This document shows, one piece after another, positions 24,975 through 38,125 of a DNA stretch of 64,000 bases. The translations under genes and the position numbers were made by a program. Position 1 is the stretch's first letter, and every line of letters starts with the position of its first letter. The DNA lies in contig NC_057719.1 in the NCBI RefSeq assembly GCF_004010195.1, forward strand, positions 25,134,809-25,198,808. Reading direction: 5' to 3'. Below the pieces are notes generated by a model. That model did no database searches, was not told where the DNA came from, and saw only the letters and a program-made list of their open reading frames with translations. This DNA comes from Chiloscyllium plagiosum. Its lineage: Eukaryota.

Positions 24975-25095
24975 AAAAAGTGAATACTGCAGATGCTGGA
25001 GATTAGAGTCAAGTGTGGTGCTGGAAAAGCACAGCAGGTCAGGCAGCATCCAAGGAGCAGGAAAATTGACGTTTCAGGCAAAAGCCCTACATCAG
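24975..25095 (-). mobile_element. Penelope family B terminus with near-intact hammerhead core
   Basis: Minus strand 25068-25095: CTGATGT-A-GGGC-tttt-GCCT-GAA-ACGT-C, followed by the family B body and tail. Confidence 0.8.
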
Positions 25096-25320
25096 CCTTT
25101 GGAAACTGTTCGTGATGTGCAGTGTATGGAATGAGGGCCAGGTGGATCACATCGATTCTGATATCCCTGATTTGGATCAGGTTAGTAACCCCAATTGGGG
25201 ATCTCCTATGCTGAGACCCACCTGACACACGTTCAATTTGCTGCAGATATAATGGACTTTGAAGTAAGTACAGAGCAATAGGCAATAAAGATCAAAAGGA
25301 AAGTTCTGAGTGAGTGGAGA

Positions 25321-25667
25321 ATAGAATCCTTACAGTGCAGAAGTAGGTCATTTGGCATGACGCTCTGAAGAGCATCCCACCCAGGCCCAGCCTGCTACCC
25401 TATCTCTGTAAACCCATCTCTGTAACCCCATGTTTACCATGTCTAATTCACCTACCCTGCACATCCCTGGACACTAGACAATTTAGCATGGCCAATCCAC
25501 CTAATCTGCACACCTTTGTACTGTGGGAGGAAACTGAAGCACCCAGAGGAAACCCATGCAGACATGGGGAGAATGTGCAAACTCCATAGTCGCCCAAAGC
25601 CGGAACCAAATCTGGGTCCCTGGCACTATGAGGCAGCAGTGCTAACCACTGAGTCATGATGCCACCC
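25321..25667 (-). mobile_element. HE1-like V-SINE
   Basis: Reverse complement of the head, V-domain and tail seen at 15652-15975. Confidence 0.88.
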
Positions 25668-27114
25668 TAAAGGGGTGTGTTTGGATTGTTAGGAGTGTTT
25701 GGATTATAAAAGTGATACAAATGCAGTGTTAGAGGTTATAACGGCAACCACGTAAACATGGGCCCATAGGTGGTGTGCATTGTGATAGCAGATCAGCAGA
25801 GGTGGTTCTGAAATAAGATCCTACAAATTACTAACCAGTCCTACCCTACTCTACTTTTACCAACTCTCACTTACTACAAGTAAGCTCTTCGTGAATGAGT
25901 GGACATAATGACGCTGCTTTAGACAAGACACCAATGAGGTGATGTTGAGCTGGGCTTCGCAATGAGCCATCTTCTCATCATTGAAAATCACATTTGGCAA
26001 TTATACGTTGTTTGGTGTGGCAGCAGGTTCTTCAGTGAGACACTGATGTCAGGCTCCAAGTCTGATCCAGAGGTGCACACTCTCTTGAAGGCTGTTGTTG
26101 CAAAGGGATGCACGAGACATTATGGCAAAGAGGAGAGGGCCAGAGAGTGTGACAGAAGAAAAGCAGGGCAGCTCTCAGGGCTTCGAGTGTGTGTGAGCCT
26201 TTCTCGTTCCAATGAGGGTCATTGTTTGATCCCAAAGACCGAGGTCAAAATGTGGGACAGTGAATTAAAGTGACAAGCAACAGGTAGCTAAGGGTCACAC
26301 TTAAAACTGAATGGAAGGCACAAAATACAGTGCATTCATTATTCTCGCTGCTTAGAGCTGATGCAAAGATTTAAATGAGTTGTTATCACGATGGTTCCTG
26401 AGTTGATTTTGAATTTTTTGATTCGGGCTACCTGCTTGAAATCTTATTTGAATTTTTCAGTGTGAAGTTGCCATCTGTCTCTGCTTTTCAGTAAGTGATG
26501 CCAGGTGGATCTAGATGATTGATTTAAGCTATGTGCCTTTTACATACAACCACGAAATTAGTGAGTAGTAGTCAAATGTCATCACTATTGTGAAATATCC
26601 AATAAACAATCCTGTAATCCTGTTGCGTATTACCCAAAAAGAGTGGTTTTTCTTAAATGATTACTATTTTAGAGTGAAGCTGGAGTGCCATGTAATTCCA
26701 TGTATGCAGGCTTTTTTTTTGGAGTTGTAAACATATGACTAACTAGTGTGCATGTTGGAGGATGAGAATTTCCTTCTATTACACTTTCTGTCTCTACCTT
26801 TCTATCTCCAAATGCTTCAGTCTCCAGCACCCATCATCATCGCCATGGATTCTCTTTCCCAGACAAAGATCTTTCGGGTTATGTGGAGAGTGGCGAGAAA
26901 TATTTTCCAGTTTCCTTTGAGCTAGGGCACAAACTCTTTGGTTCTTGGTGCTGCCTGGAGTTTCTGCATTTAAGTCACTGACCAAGAATTTGCACTTCGA
27001 CAGCACCATTTTTGAGTCTTGGGACTAATCCAATGTCCCTTTTAAAGACACTGCTTAATCTTTAAAGGTGTAGCTGCTGTTTCAACATAGGCATCTGTGT
27101 CTGCACTAAAGTAC

Positions 27115-27560
27115 ACCAGTGCCTTTCCACTATCTACAAGGTCCAAGTCAGTGCTGTGATGGAATACTCTTCCCTTGCCTGGATGGGTGCTCTTTCAATA
27201 ACACTTGACACGTCCAGGGGAAACACAACCTTTTTGATTGGCACCACGTCCAACACCTAGAAGATGCACTGCAATGACTCATCCAGGCTCATCTGCCAGA
27301 ATCTTAAAAATCTGTGACCTTTCTTATCTTGAAGGTGAAGACATGCAACTGCAGGAGACATCCACATTCTACACGTTCCCTGCCAAGCAGCACACCATCT
27401 TGGAACCTTCAGTGTCACTGGATCACAATTTTGGAACTCCCTTTCCAACCACAATGGGGACTAAACTACATGGGCTGCAGGGGTTTGAGAGGGCAGCTCA
27501 CCAGCACCTTTTCATGGACAATCACTGCTTGCTTAGCCAGCAATATAAACAAGTTCCTAT
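27115..27560 (+). mobile_element. L2/CR1-group LINE 3' fragment
   Basis: TIYKVQVSAVMEYSSLAWMG; the tail is shared with 48340-48695 and 49150-49560. Confidence 0.7.
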
Positions 27561-28749
27561 TTTAAAAAAAGTCTATTGGTTATGAGGTATTAAAGAGGGA
27601 CTGCTAACGAAATTGGTTGTGAGGGAGGGGATGGTAAAGGCTGGGTTACAATCATAAGCAGAAAAATAAATCCTTTTCTAATTATTTCTTCCATTCGACT
27701 GGATAAACTTGTAGAAGACCAACCTTTGCTCCCAAAAAAAATTTATTTGTGTTCAGTATTCTAAAGCATCTGTTTAAACACTCATTAAATAAATATCAGA
27801 AAGCATCTTTCAAAAGAACAGTAAAACCTTTGTTTCCCTGACACACCAGGTCATGTGGTTCGGAGACACATGGATCCAGGATGCTACGTGTAGTTCAGAC
27901 TCTGAATTTATTGTTTTGATTTTTATCAGCTTGGCAAACAGAACATCAACCAGTGTATTGCTTTTGGCAACATTTTTTTTCTGTTTTATGTCAAAAATGG
28001 TTCAGAAATGGTAAAACATTGTATCAGCATCACTCTGTGGCCGAGCATGAAGAAAGTGGGGATTGGATTACGACATAAGCAAGCCTTGCAGATGGTTCCT
28101 CCTCGGCGAAGCAGTCAGTGATGGAGCGACACACCAGCTGTAGCTCGCCTCTGAGTGCCTTTGTCAACTTGGATGAATCGCTACCAGAGCCAAGAAAAGC
28201 TTGTTTGGAGATTATTATAGTGCGTTTGAGATGATGTGGGCGTACTGAAATATTCCAGTACGTCATACAAATTAAAGCACCTGCTGGGGTGGTTTATTAA
28301 AGCTTCCAGCTGATCAAATGTTATGTTAACTCTACACAAGATCTCAATACAGAGCCAATTTTCCTGTCAACTAATGTTCAAAATAAAATATAATACTTGT
28401 TTACAACATTTTCATTGTTAGATTTTTATTTTTCCTCCCTTTTGTGAAAGGTCAGGTTATATTTAAAAAATTGTGAAATAATGAATGAGCAGATGATGTG
28501 ATTGCTCAATGTGTAATTGTGATCTTTTACTGAAGTAAATGCAATGTGGTAAACGTGGTTGGAAATATATTGGTATCATGAGGGAATGAAACATCTTAGT
28601 GGGTGAGGCACTACGTGATGGAGTACTAAGTTATTCATTTTGTAATTCCTTCCCAACGTCCCTCCCCAACTACTCTGATTTCATGTACCAGTACCTATCT
28701 ATGTTACATTAATGTAGAAGAAAGGTTTGTAGTTTATATAACTTTGAAA

Positions 28750-28860
28750 CACAAAAACCAAAATACCAAAGAAGTGCAGATGCTGGAAATCAGAAGTGGC
28801 TGGAAAACTCAGCAAATTATGGAGAGAAGGCAGAGTTACGTTTTGGGTCCAGTGTCCCCT
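28750..28860 (-). mobile_element. Penelope family C terminus remnant
   Basis: TGCAGATGCTGGAAATCAG...GCTGGAAAACTCAGC...GAGTTACGTTTTGGGTCCAGTGTCCC (helix II/III remnant on -). Confidence 0.6.
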
Positions 28861-28941
28861 GAATGAATTAGCTTTATTGCCATGTGCACTAGAATGAGTG
28901 CAGTGAAATATCGCTGCTTATGGCAGGTACAAGATACCTAA

Positions 28942-31558
28942 GTTTTATACAGGCCTCTGAATAATTCCAGAGATGTAGAGGAAAGGATAGCAAAGATGAT
29001 TCTCAATAGGAGCAAGAGTGACAGGGTAGTTGTTATGGGGGACTTTTAACTTTCCAAATATTGACTGGGAATACTATAGTTTGAGTACTTTAGATGGGTC
29101 AGTTTTTGTCCAATGCATGCAGGAGGGTTTCCTGACAAAATGTAGACAGGCCAGCAAGAGGTGAGATTAGATAACATTAGATTTGTTATTGGGCAATGAA
29201 CCCAGACAGGTGTTAGATTTGGAGGTTGGTGAGCACTTTGGTGATAGTGACCACAATTCGGTTATATTTACTTTAGTGATGGAAAGGGATAGATATATAC
29301 CGCTGGGCAAGAGTTATAGCTGGGGGAAAGGTAATTACAGGCGATTCAGCAAGATTTAGGATGCACGAGATGGGGAAGGAAACTGCAGGGGATGGGCACA
29401 ATTGAAATGTGGAGCTTATTCAAGGAATAGTTACAGCATATCCTTCATAAGTATGTACCTGTCAGGCAGGGTGTTGTCAAGCACAGGAGCTGTGATTTAT
29501 TAAAGAAGTTGAATCTCTTGACAAGAGGAAGAAGCAGGCATATGTTAGGATGAGATGTGAAGGCTCCGTTAGGGTGCTTGAGAATTACAGGTTTTAGCCA
29601 GGAAAGACTTGAGCAAAGAGTTAAGAGCCAGGAGAGAATATGAGATTAGATTACTTACAGTGTGGAAACAGGCCCTTCGGCCCAACAAGTCCACACCGCC
29701 CCGCCAAAGCGCAACCCACCCATACCCCTACATCTACCTCTTACCTAACACTACGGGCAATTTAGCATGGCCAATTCACCTGACCTGCACATCTTTGGAC
29801 TATGGGAGGAAACCGGAGCACCCGGAGGAAACCCACGCAGACACTGGGAGAATGTGCAAACTCCACACAGTCAGTCGCCTGAGGTGTGTCAGTGAGAGCT
29901 TTGCTGTGTGCAAATTGGGCTGCCTGAGGCGGGAATTGAACCCGGGTCTCTGGCACTGTGAGGCAGCAGTGCTAACCACTGTGCCAACGTGCCGCCCACG
30001 TTGGGGGATGTCGTTGGGGGATAGGTTCAAGGAAAACCATAAGGCTTTCTATACATATATTGGGAATAAAAGAATGACTAGAGTAAAATTAAGGCCAATC
30101 AAGCAATAGTATTGTGAAATTGTGCATGGAGTCAGGAGATGGAGGAAGCGCTATGTTGTTATTGTCTACAGGAATAGTGCCAGAAGACTAGAGGATAGCA
30201 AATGTTGTCCTTTTGTTCAAGAAGAGGCGTAGAGACAACCCTGGTAGTTATAGACCAGTGAGCCATACTTCAGTTGTGGGTAAAGTGTTGAAAAAGTTAC
30301 AAGAGATAGGATTTATAATCATCTAGAAAGGAATAAGCTGATTAGGGACAGTCAACACGGTTTTGTGAAGGGTAGGTTGTGCCTCTCAAACCTTAGAGTT
30401 CTTTGAGAAGGTGACCAAATGGGTGGATGAGGGTAAAGCAGTTGATGTGGTGTATATGGATTTTAGTAAGGCATTTGATAAGGTTCCCCACCTAGGCTGT
30501 TGCATAAATTACGGAGGCATGGGATAGAGGGTGATTTAGTGGTTTGGATCAGAAATTGGCTAACTGAAAGAAGACAGAAGGTAGTGGTTGATGGGAAATT
30601 TTCATCCTGGAGTTCAGGTATTAGTGGGGTACCGCAAGGGTCCGTTTTGGGGCTACAACTGTTTGTCATTTATATAAATGACCTTGATGAGGGTGTAGAT
30701 CAATTTGGTTAGTAAATTTGTGGATGACACTAAGTCTTGTGGATAGTGCAGAAGAATGTTGTAGGTTACAGAGGGACATAAGTAACTCCAGAGCTAGGCT
30801 GAGGGGTGGCAAATAGAGTTGAATATGGAAACGTGTGAGGTGATTCACTGTGGAAGGAGTAACAGGAATAGAGTACTGAGCTAATGGTAAGAGTCTTGGT
30901 AGTGTAGATGAGCAGAGGGATATCTGTCCATGTATATAGATCCCTTAAAGTTGCCACCCAGGTTGGTAGGGTTGTTAAGAAGGCATATGGTATGTTAATT
31001 TTTATTAGTAGAGGGATTGAGTTTTGGAACCATGAAGTCATGCTGCAGCTGTACAAAGCTCTGGTGTGGCCGCACTTGGATTATTGCGTACAGTTCTGGA
31101 GGCTTTGGAAAGGCCTCAGGAGATTCACTAGGATGTTGCTTGGTATGGAGGGAAGGTCTTCTGAGAGACTTCAGGCTGTTTTCTTTAGAGGTAAGAAGGT
31201 TAAGAGGCGACTTAATTGAGACATAAAGATAATCAGAGGGTTAGGTAGAGTAGAAAATGAGAGCCTTTTTCCTCACATGGTGATGGCTTGTGCAAGGGGA
31301 CATAGCTTTAAATTAAGGGGTGATAGATATAGGGACAGATGTAAGAGAGATTTTCTTTACTCTGAGTAGTAAGGGTGTGGAATGTACTGCCTTCAACAGT
31401 TGTAGACTCGCCAACTTTAAGGGCATTTAAATGGTCACTGGATAGACACATGGACGAAATGGAATAGTTTGGGTTACATGAGCTTCAGATTAGTTTCACA
31501 GGTCGATGCAACATCGAGCGCCAAAGGGTCTGTGCTGTGCTGTAATGTTCTAACATTC
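28942..31558 (+). mobile_element. 5'-truncated CR1 LINE ORF2 pseudogene
   Basis: RVVVMGDF, LDLLL, SDHNSV (APE); [38 protein letters not shown] (RT); 3' tail; many stops. Confidence 0.93.
29643..29997 (-). mobile_element. HE1-like V-SINE nested in CR1
   Basis: Full head, V-domain and tail on -; CpG-rich; carries a 37-bp internal insertion. Confidence 0.92.
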
Positions 31559-33914
31559 TATACCTAGGTACAGATACTTAAATATTTGGTACAAAATTGA
31601 AAGAATAATAAATGCAAATCCAGCATAAGAAGAAAAAGGAAAAATAACCTTCCTTTCAGTCACCCTTCCCTGTCTGTGCCAGCACCCAGCCTCCAGACTG
31701 CGTCAGGCCAAATCTCCAGACTGTGCTGGGCTTCGAAACCCGAGGCCTTGCAACAGTCCGCAAGGCCCCCTTCTCCCCACACTGGCCTCCAGTCTGCAAA
31801 AGCCTCATCTTCGGGACTGGGTGAACCTTTAAGTACTGTGACAAGTGGCCCATTACCTGCTCGTGAAAACCACTGCACCATTTACAAGTTCCAAGTTGTT
31901 TAGTGGAATATTCAGAATCTAACAGCACCATTCACAAAATTTCCTTCAACTTGGTTGATCCAGTGGAACTGGATGCACTAGCTACTCTCTCCAATGTTGT
32001 GACTGTAGTACAGTACACATCATTGTTCGTTTCTGTAGATAGTAGTCAAAGATATTGACTGAAAATACTAAGATAAGCTTGCTAAAGTAGTACTTAGCAA
32101 GGGCATAAACCTATTTAAGCACTGTCCATCTTCGTGTCCTGCCATTTTAACGTGGACGTTCTTGTAAGGTAACCTTTGTCAAAATCCTGAAATTTCCGAT
32201 GCAGCACCATTTTGGGAGCATTATAATCAGTGAGTGCAATGCTTTGAGCAAATCAACTACTTTCTCTGGAAAGCTGCCAACAGGCCATAAATAACTTTAT
32301 TTGAAATGCTCAATGTGTGATGCAATAAAAACTCTTGTATTTGGATGTGTGGGGACAGGAACATTAACGTATCCTATGAATGTGTCAGAACATATAAATG
32401 TGAAAAATATTTGAATGCCTCCGATAAATTTATCTGTTTAGCCACGTGTGATCAAATGTTACAGTGAGCAGTATAAGGCTTGTCTTCAAAATTACTGAAA
32501 TAAAAATCCATAACAACCCTTACCGATGTTTTAAAAAAAGTGACGCAAAATCCTGGCCTAAGTGTCTAATCTAATGATCATAATTCTGAGGTAAAACTGT
32601 AATATATTTTCTAATTTTGAAGCTGGAAATTACTCTATAGTTCCATAATTGTAAGATCTGTTTATTTTATGATACAGTATATTCTATCAACAGTTTAGAA
32701 TTACACTTTTTAATTGTAGCTTATGCTTAGAGTTCCTGTACAGAAGCGCTTATTAGCTGCATCTTTGTATGACCGTGGTGTTCAACTCTGGGAGCTGACT
32801 GCACAGTAGTAGGTATTCAGTTACTTGATTGGGCCATAGATTTTGGTGATGTAAATTATACAAAATAATCCAGTGCCAGACAAAATTCTTGCAGCCCTGC
32901 AAGTATTGCAGAGTATGGACTTTAGTGGTAAAACTTGCTGAGAACTTTATTGGTATAAAATTATGGTGTTTCATTTCAATTCAGGAAAAACCTTCATTAG
33001 AAGATAATTTCTCAACCTTTTTTTTTCTCTTGGCCAGTGTCAAGAACAAGTTATTTGCTTCCCTTTTTAGAGAAAGACAAGTCTGCTTTATCAAGTAAAT
33101 AGGATTGCACCAGTAAAACTACTTTCTCCCCCTGCCTTGTTATAACATTATTCCTCCCCTTTTAATATTTCATGTGTTAATTTAGAGAGCTGGTCACATG
33201 TCCTTACATGCAACTACAAGTGAGCAACAGCAGTTATCACTTTTGAATGTTAATTGTTTGATTTTTAATTTTAATTATAACGTTATGAAAAATAATTAAC
33301 TTGATTCTTTTAAAGTTACCCTTGCAGTTTGCTTTCCCTTTAGTTTGTTTTTGCTTATTCTTTGCTCTGTCCCCACTCTACCCATATATGGGGGTGAAAG
33401 CTTCTTTAGAAATATTCTTTGTAATTTGTAAATACATTTTCATTTTTCTCTTTTCTCTTGTCATTGACTCATGATGGAGTGTGTTTTCACACTGTCAAGT
33501 ACCCTCTGGTATCAGTGACCATTCTTTCGGTGAGGCATTGTTTGAGACTTAAGTTGTGGCATTGGGGGGTAAGACAGAAAGACAGACAAACACCACAGGG
33601 GAGTATCTGATTCCCTCTTTACCCAGCCTCCATGATGGCACATTCGTCGACTGGAATCACTCGTTAATGATTGAGCTGCTCACTGACATCTCCCTCCTCA
33701 TATGCCTGCAGTAACCAAGATCAGGTGTAAAACTTGTACAGCTCATTTCTGATAAGCACTTTAAATCATTGTGATGATGTAATGGATGTTTTTATTTGAG
33801 TTTCTGGAAAATTCAGCACTCAAGTCTTGGAGATCCTATTGTGTAATTGCTATAGAGATTTAGTAAATATGCATACGATGAATGACATGAAAAAAAATTT
33901 AAATTTAGTTTCCC

Positions 33915-34140
33915 GCTGCCCCTTCAGGTGAATTGTAAAGACCCCTTGATCTAATTCCAAAAACAGAGAGGAAGTTCTTCCAGGTTTTCTAACCAATATT
34001 GATTCCTTTATCAAAATCCCTTTTATGTTCCAAGAAATTACCTGATCTTCCATTTTCTTGCTGTACAAATCTGCTGTGCGTAAGTTGGGTGAGCATTTCT
34101 GAGGTTAGCAAAAGTGTTCTATAGGTGTGAGGCTTTTTCT
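33915..34140 (+). mobile_element. Deu-domain SINE remnant
   Basis: CTGCCCCTTCAGGTGAATTGTAAAGACCCC...GAAGTTCTTCC...CCAATAT...GCTGTGCGTAAGTTGG. Confidence 0.55.
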
Positions 34141-34627
34141 TGAGCCTTTTTCCACACCTGCCAGCCTTTGGGGACTTTTTAATGACATTGAGCTTGTTTT
34201 GATGCTGCTTTGGATATTGTTTTTGTCTTAGCTTTACAAAGACCAGAAGTCATTGCAACAGTTCATTGCTTTGATAGCTGTAATGTTCAAAATTTAATGA
34301 TCATGATCTCTGCTTAGTTTCTATAAGGGTCGTTGGGAGCCTCTAATATTTAGTTTGGTCACAGTTTGGACTTAATGGAAGTCTTTTCTGGCTAGTTATT
34401 TACTGGTGGATTTGTATTTGCTGAATGTGTCCCTTTGTTTAGCCAAGACCACCATGATCACGTGTTGTGTTGTAAGACTCATGTTACTTAATTGGGAAAT
34501 TTAAAACATGGTTACATTCTTTCAATGTAGCCTCATGACATCCACTGAAGTCATCTACTCCTCAGTTTCTTGTGATTGAGAATGACTTCTGATTCACTGG
34601 ATTTTGAGATGGCAGATCAGCCCAATG

Positions 34628-34832
34628 AATCATAGGTTCATGCTGCATGGAAACAGACTTTTCAGTCCAACTCGTCTATGCCAACGAAGTTTCCCAAAAT
34701 AAACTAGCTCCACTTGCCTGCGCCTGGCCCATATCCCTATAAACCTTTCCTATTTATGTATCCATCCAATGTCTTTAAAATGTTGCAACTGTACCTGCCT
34801 CTACCACTTCCTCTGGCAGTTCATTCTACAGA
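34628..34832 (-). mobile_element. CR1 LINE 3' tail
   Basis: Reverse complement of the NELP/FK.../tail region. Confidence 0.85.
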
Positions 34833-34844
34833 TGAACTGAGGGC

Positions 34845-35081
34845 CTGAGGGCCAACTTTTTCACACAGAGGGTGGTGTTTGGAGTGAGCTGCCAGTGGAG
34901 GTGATGGAGGCTGGTACAATTAGAACATTTAAAACGCATCTGGATGGGTACATGAATAGGAAGGGGTTGATGGATATGGATCAAATGCTCACAAATAGGA
35001 CTAGATTAATTTAGGATAGCTAGTTGACATGAATGAGTTGGCCCAAAGGGTCTATTTCCATGGTGTACAACTCTATGACTC
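34845..35081 (+). mobile_element. CR1 LINE 3' tail
   Basis: NFFTQRVV...FKTHLDGYMNRKG; ends CTCTATGACTC. Confidence 0.85.
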
Positions 35082-35245
35082 GATATCTCCTAAATGGTGA
35101 AGTAAATAGAAATTTTGTGCAAGGCTGCAATTCTTTCTGGTACTTCACTGACAACAATCCTGCCTTCTCTTGTCTCATTAAATGATGAGTGGTAGCACCA
35201 CTCTTCTCAATTGTGGGTAAAAACCTGGTCATCAGGTGTGAGGTT

Positions 35246-35400
35246 CTCTCGCTCTCTCGCTCTCTCGCTCTCTCGCTCTCTCGCTCTCTCGCGCTCTAGC
35301 GCTCTCGCGCTCACTCGCTCTTGCACTTGCATGCTCTCTCTCACTCTCGCACGCGCGCGCTTGATCTCTCTCGCACTCTCTCACGCTCTTGCTCTCTCTC
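35246..35400. repeat. (CTCTCG)n/(CT)n compound microsatellite inside the Tx1 ORF
   Basis: Direct inspection. Confidence 0.92.
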
Positions 35401-36461
35401 GTACGTGGTGCAAGTTTGGCCCATTACCATTACCTGTGACACCTGAGCCATCTTCCACTTCATCTGGAGTTCTAAGATGGACCATGTCTGCAGGGATACC
35501 ATGTACAAAGTTCTGGATAAGGGTGTGGAGGAGGGGGTTGCGATGAAGTTGCCCAACGCTGACCACATTCTGATGGCCACCTTTGTGTGTGGCTGCAACA
35601 AACTGGGCGAAAACTCTGTTCGCAAACACCAAGAGTCACTACGTACTGAGGTTCTACCTGACCCCTGTGTTGTGAAGAATGGGCCTGGCCTCGTTGCTGT
35701 GGAACACTCCAAGTAGTTGGACCGTTCCTTATCACCTATCCTTGTGAAATTTGTGAAGGAAAACACCGTTTGACCACAAGCCTGTCAGAAAGTGATTGAC
35801 ACAGTGTCCTCAAGACCCTGCAGGAAAAGGAGAGGGTGGATCATGTCATGTGGTTCCCTGAGCAGACTGTCAAAGTCATTTGGCAGAATGCCTCATCACC
35901 AGAAATTTCCAACAGGCACCAAGACATTGCTTGATTGGTGGTAAGGAGGGCACTATCTGTCAGATCATTCGTGTACGCTCAGTTTGTCTCCGCCACTGCG
36001 CACTGCCCTCAAAGCAGCTTTTGGAGGGGGTTGGTTGGGACTGTCACATCCATGCTGAAACGTGCCTTTGGAAAGGAAGTCTGCAGAGAGCGAGTCCATT
36101 TTTGTGAAGGTTCATCCTGAGCAGCTCCATGATGCCGGACTCTGTGCTCTATAGCATGTTCACCAAGACAAACATCGACTGCGCCTGGAGGACCAGCGAT
36201 TTGGTTAAAGATACTCTTTCGTCTGTTTGAAACTTGTTGGTCTCTCAGTGCAAGGAGTTAATCTTGATCGAGTGTTGCATTATGGACATTCCAAGGTCCA
36301 GGATTACATGCTGAGGGATGCACTCAAACTTCGGGCAGCTGCTGCCAAGGCGCACTTGGAAAAGACCACTGTTTAAGGTCTTTCTGCCGAAGTTAAGTGA
36401 GAGTCTATTCTGTTATTGGATCCTCCCAGTGTCTTAAATATATGTAAATGTAGTGAATGGT

Positions 36462-36574
36462 TTATGCCTAAAACATCAATTCTCCTACTCCTTGGATACT
36501 GCCTGACCTACTGTGCTTTTCCAGCACCACACTCTCGACTCTGATCTCCAGCATCTGCAGTCCTCACTTTCTCC
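36462..36574 (+). mobile_element. Penelope family B terminus nested in the Tx1 3' UTR
   Basis: TTATGCCTAAAACATCAATTCTCC...CTCCAGCATCTGCAGTCCTCACTTTCTCC. Confidence 0.85.
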
Positions 36575-37599
36575 TATAAATAAGAAATGCCTTGGGTTTG
36601 TTTGATCCTGTACAGACTTTATATATGTTGAATAAAGTGCTCTAGTGACTGTGATATACATGTCAATATAAATTTTTGTGAATAAAGCTTTTTTAAAATT
36701 TCAAACAAAGATATTATAGAGTATCTGCAGACGAGGCACTGTTATCTCATGTTAGGACTTTGGGAAGTTGGTATGGCCGATATATCGGGTATACCTGCTC
36801 ACACTGGAAGCTAAACGAAAACACCTTGTTTCCACCCACTGACTGTGAGATATCAGAAGAATGGGTGAAGGCAAAGTAATGTAACTTCTTCAGAACGATG
36901 ATCTTTTACTGTACTTTGTTGAATTCAGCTTAGGTGGAAAGTTATTCTCAGTAAGTGGGATTGAATGACTACGTGCCAAGAAAATCAAGTGAATCAGCCT
37001 ATAATGACACCTTCATCAGTTTGATCTATAATAAACTGACAGAAGTAGTATTGAAGATACTGCTGTGTGGTGGTTCCCCTGTAATGTAATTTCTTGTGAA
37101 GGCAAAGTTTTCAAATGCATTGAACCAAGCAGATTTGTAACGTTAAGACAGTTGTACATCTGCATAACCCACTAAAATGAATTTTCTTAGCCAACTGATG
37201 TCTTTACTGAACACATTGAACTTAAGCCTGGTGCTTAAAAACCCAACAAGTGTTTTAATCTCTCTTATCAGCGTTTTGAACATGGTTGATTACGGCAACT
37301 TAATTTTCCATAAGATATTTGATTATGGAAAGTGGTTATATGAGATTATGAATATTATGTAAATATCTGAGATCCTGGTCTGTGTGGCTTTGGAACTTCC
37401 AATTTTCTGTAATTCTTAGTATTAAAATGGTGGCAATCTGATGTTCTGTGGATAAAGCATTCGATGCTACCAGGCTGCTATTTTGACTCCAAAGCCTTCA
37501 GTGGTGGCAAAGTTTAAATTGGGGCAAGGCTGAGTTCTTTCTCCCTGTTTTTAAACTAAAATACCATTTGATAAATAGTCCATTGATGTTGTTGGATCT

Positions 37600-38125
37600 A
37601 TCTGCACAGAAACAGACCCTTTGGTCAACTTGTCTATGCTGACCAACGATCTTAAATTTATCTAGTCACATTTGGCAGTATTTGGCCCATGTCCCTCTAA
37701 ACCTTTCCTATTCTTTTACCCATCCCGATGCCTTCCAAATGTTGTAATTGTACCAGCCTCCACCACTTCCTCTAACAGCTCATTCCATACATGTACCACT
37801 CTCTGTGAAAATATTGACCCTTTTAAATCTTTCCCTTCTCATCTTAAACCTATGCCTTCCAGCTTTGGACTCCAGTACCTTGGGAAAATAAGTTTGGCTA
37901 TTTACTCTATCCATGCCCCTCATGATTTTATAAACCTGTACAGTCAACCCTCAGCCTCCGAAATTCCAAGGAAAATATCCCAGCCCATTCAGCATCTCCT
38001 TAGAGCTCAACCCTCCAACCCTAGCAACATCCTTGTAAATCTTTTTAAGTTTCATAACATCTTTCATATAGTAGGGAGACCAGAACTGAACATCCGAAAG
38101 TGGTCTGACCAATGTCCTGTCCATC
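37600..38125 (-). mobile_element. CR1 LINE 3' fragment
   Basis: ORF 37951-38166: RTLVRPLSDVQFWSPYYMKDV; tail at the left end. Confidence 0.85.

Larger units (their letters stand above)
35185..36705 (+). mobile_element. Tx1-type (L1 group) LINE 3' part, pseudogenised
   Basis: IVGKNLVIRCEVLS / YVVQVWP, AIFHFIWSSKMDHV, VIWQNASSPE, LVVRRALSVRSF..HCP (Cys/His C-terminal region), AATAAA near the 3' end. Confidence 0.82.

Noticed and set aside
25962..26273. Myb/SANT-like protein of a Harbinger transposon (SDPEVHTLLKAV)
   Set aside because: Resemblance too short, with no supporting motifs or TIRs
28921..31580. TSD for the long CR1 (AGGTACAAGATACCTAA vs AGGTACAGATACTTAA)
   Set aside because: Imperfect and offset from the element ends; cannot be distinguished from a repeat in the flanking sequence
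35246..35400. TC-microsatellite-targeted Tx1 insertion
   Set aside because: The microsatellite lies inside the ORF, not at the element boundary
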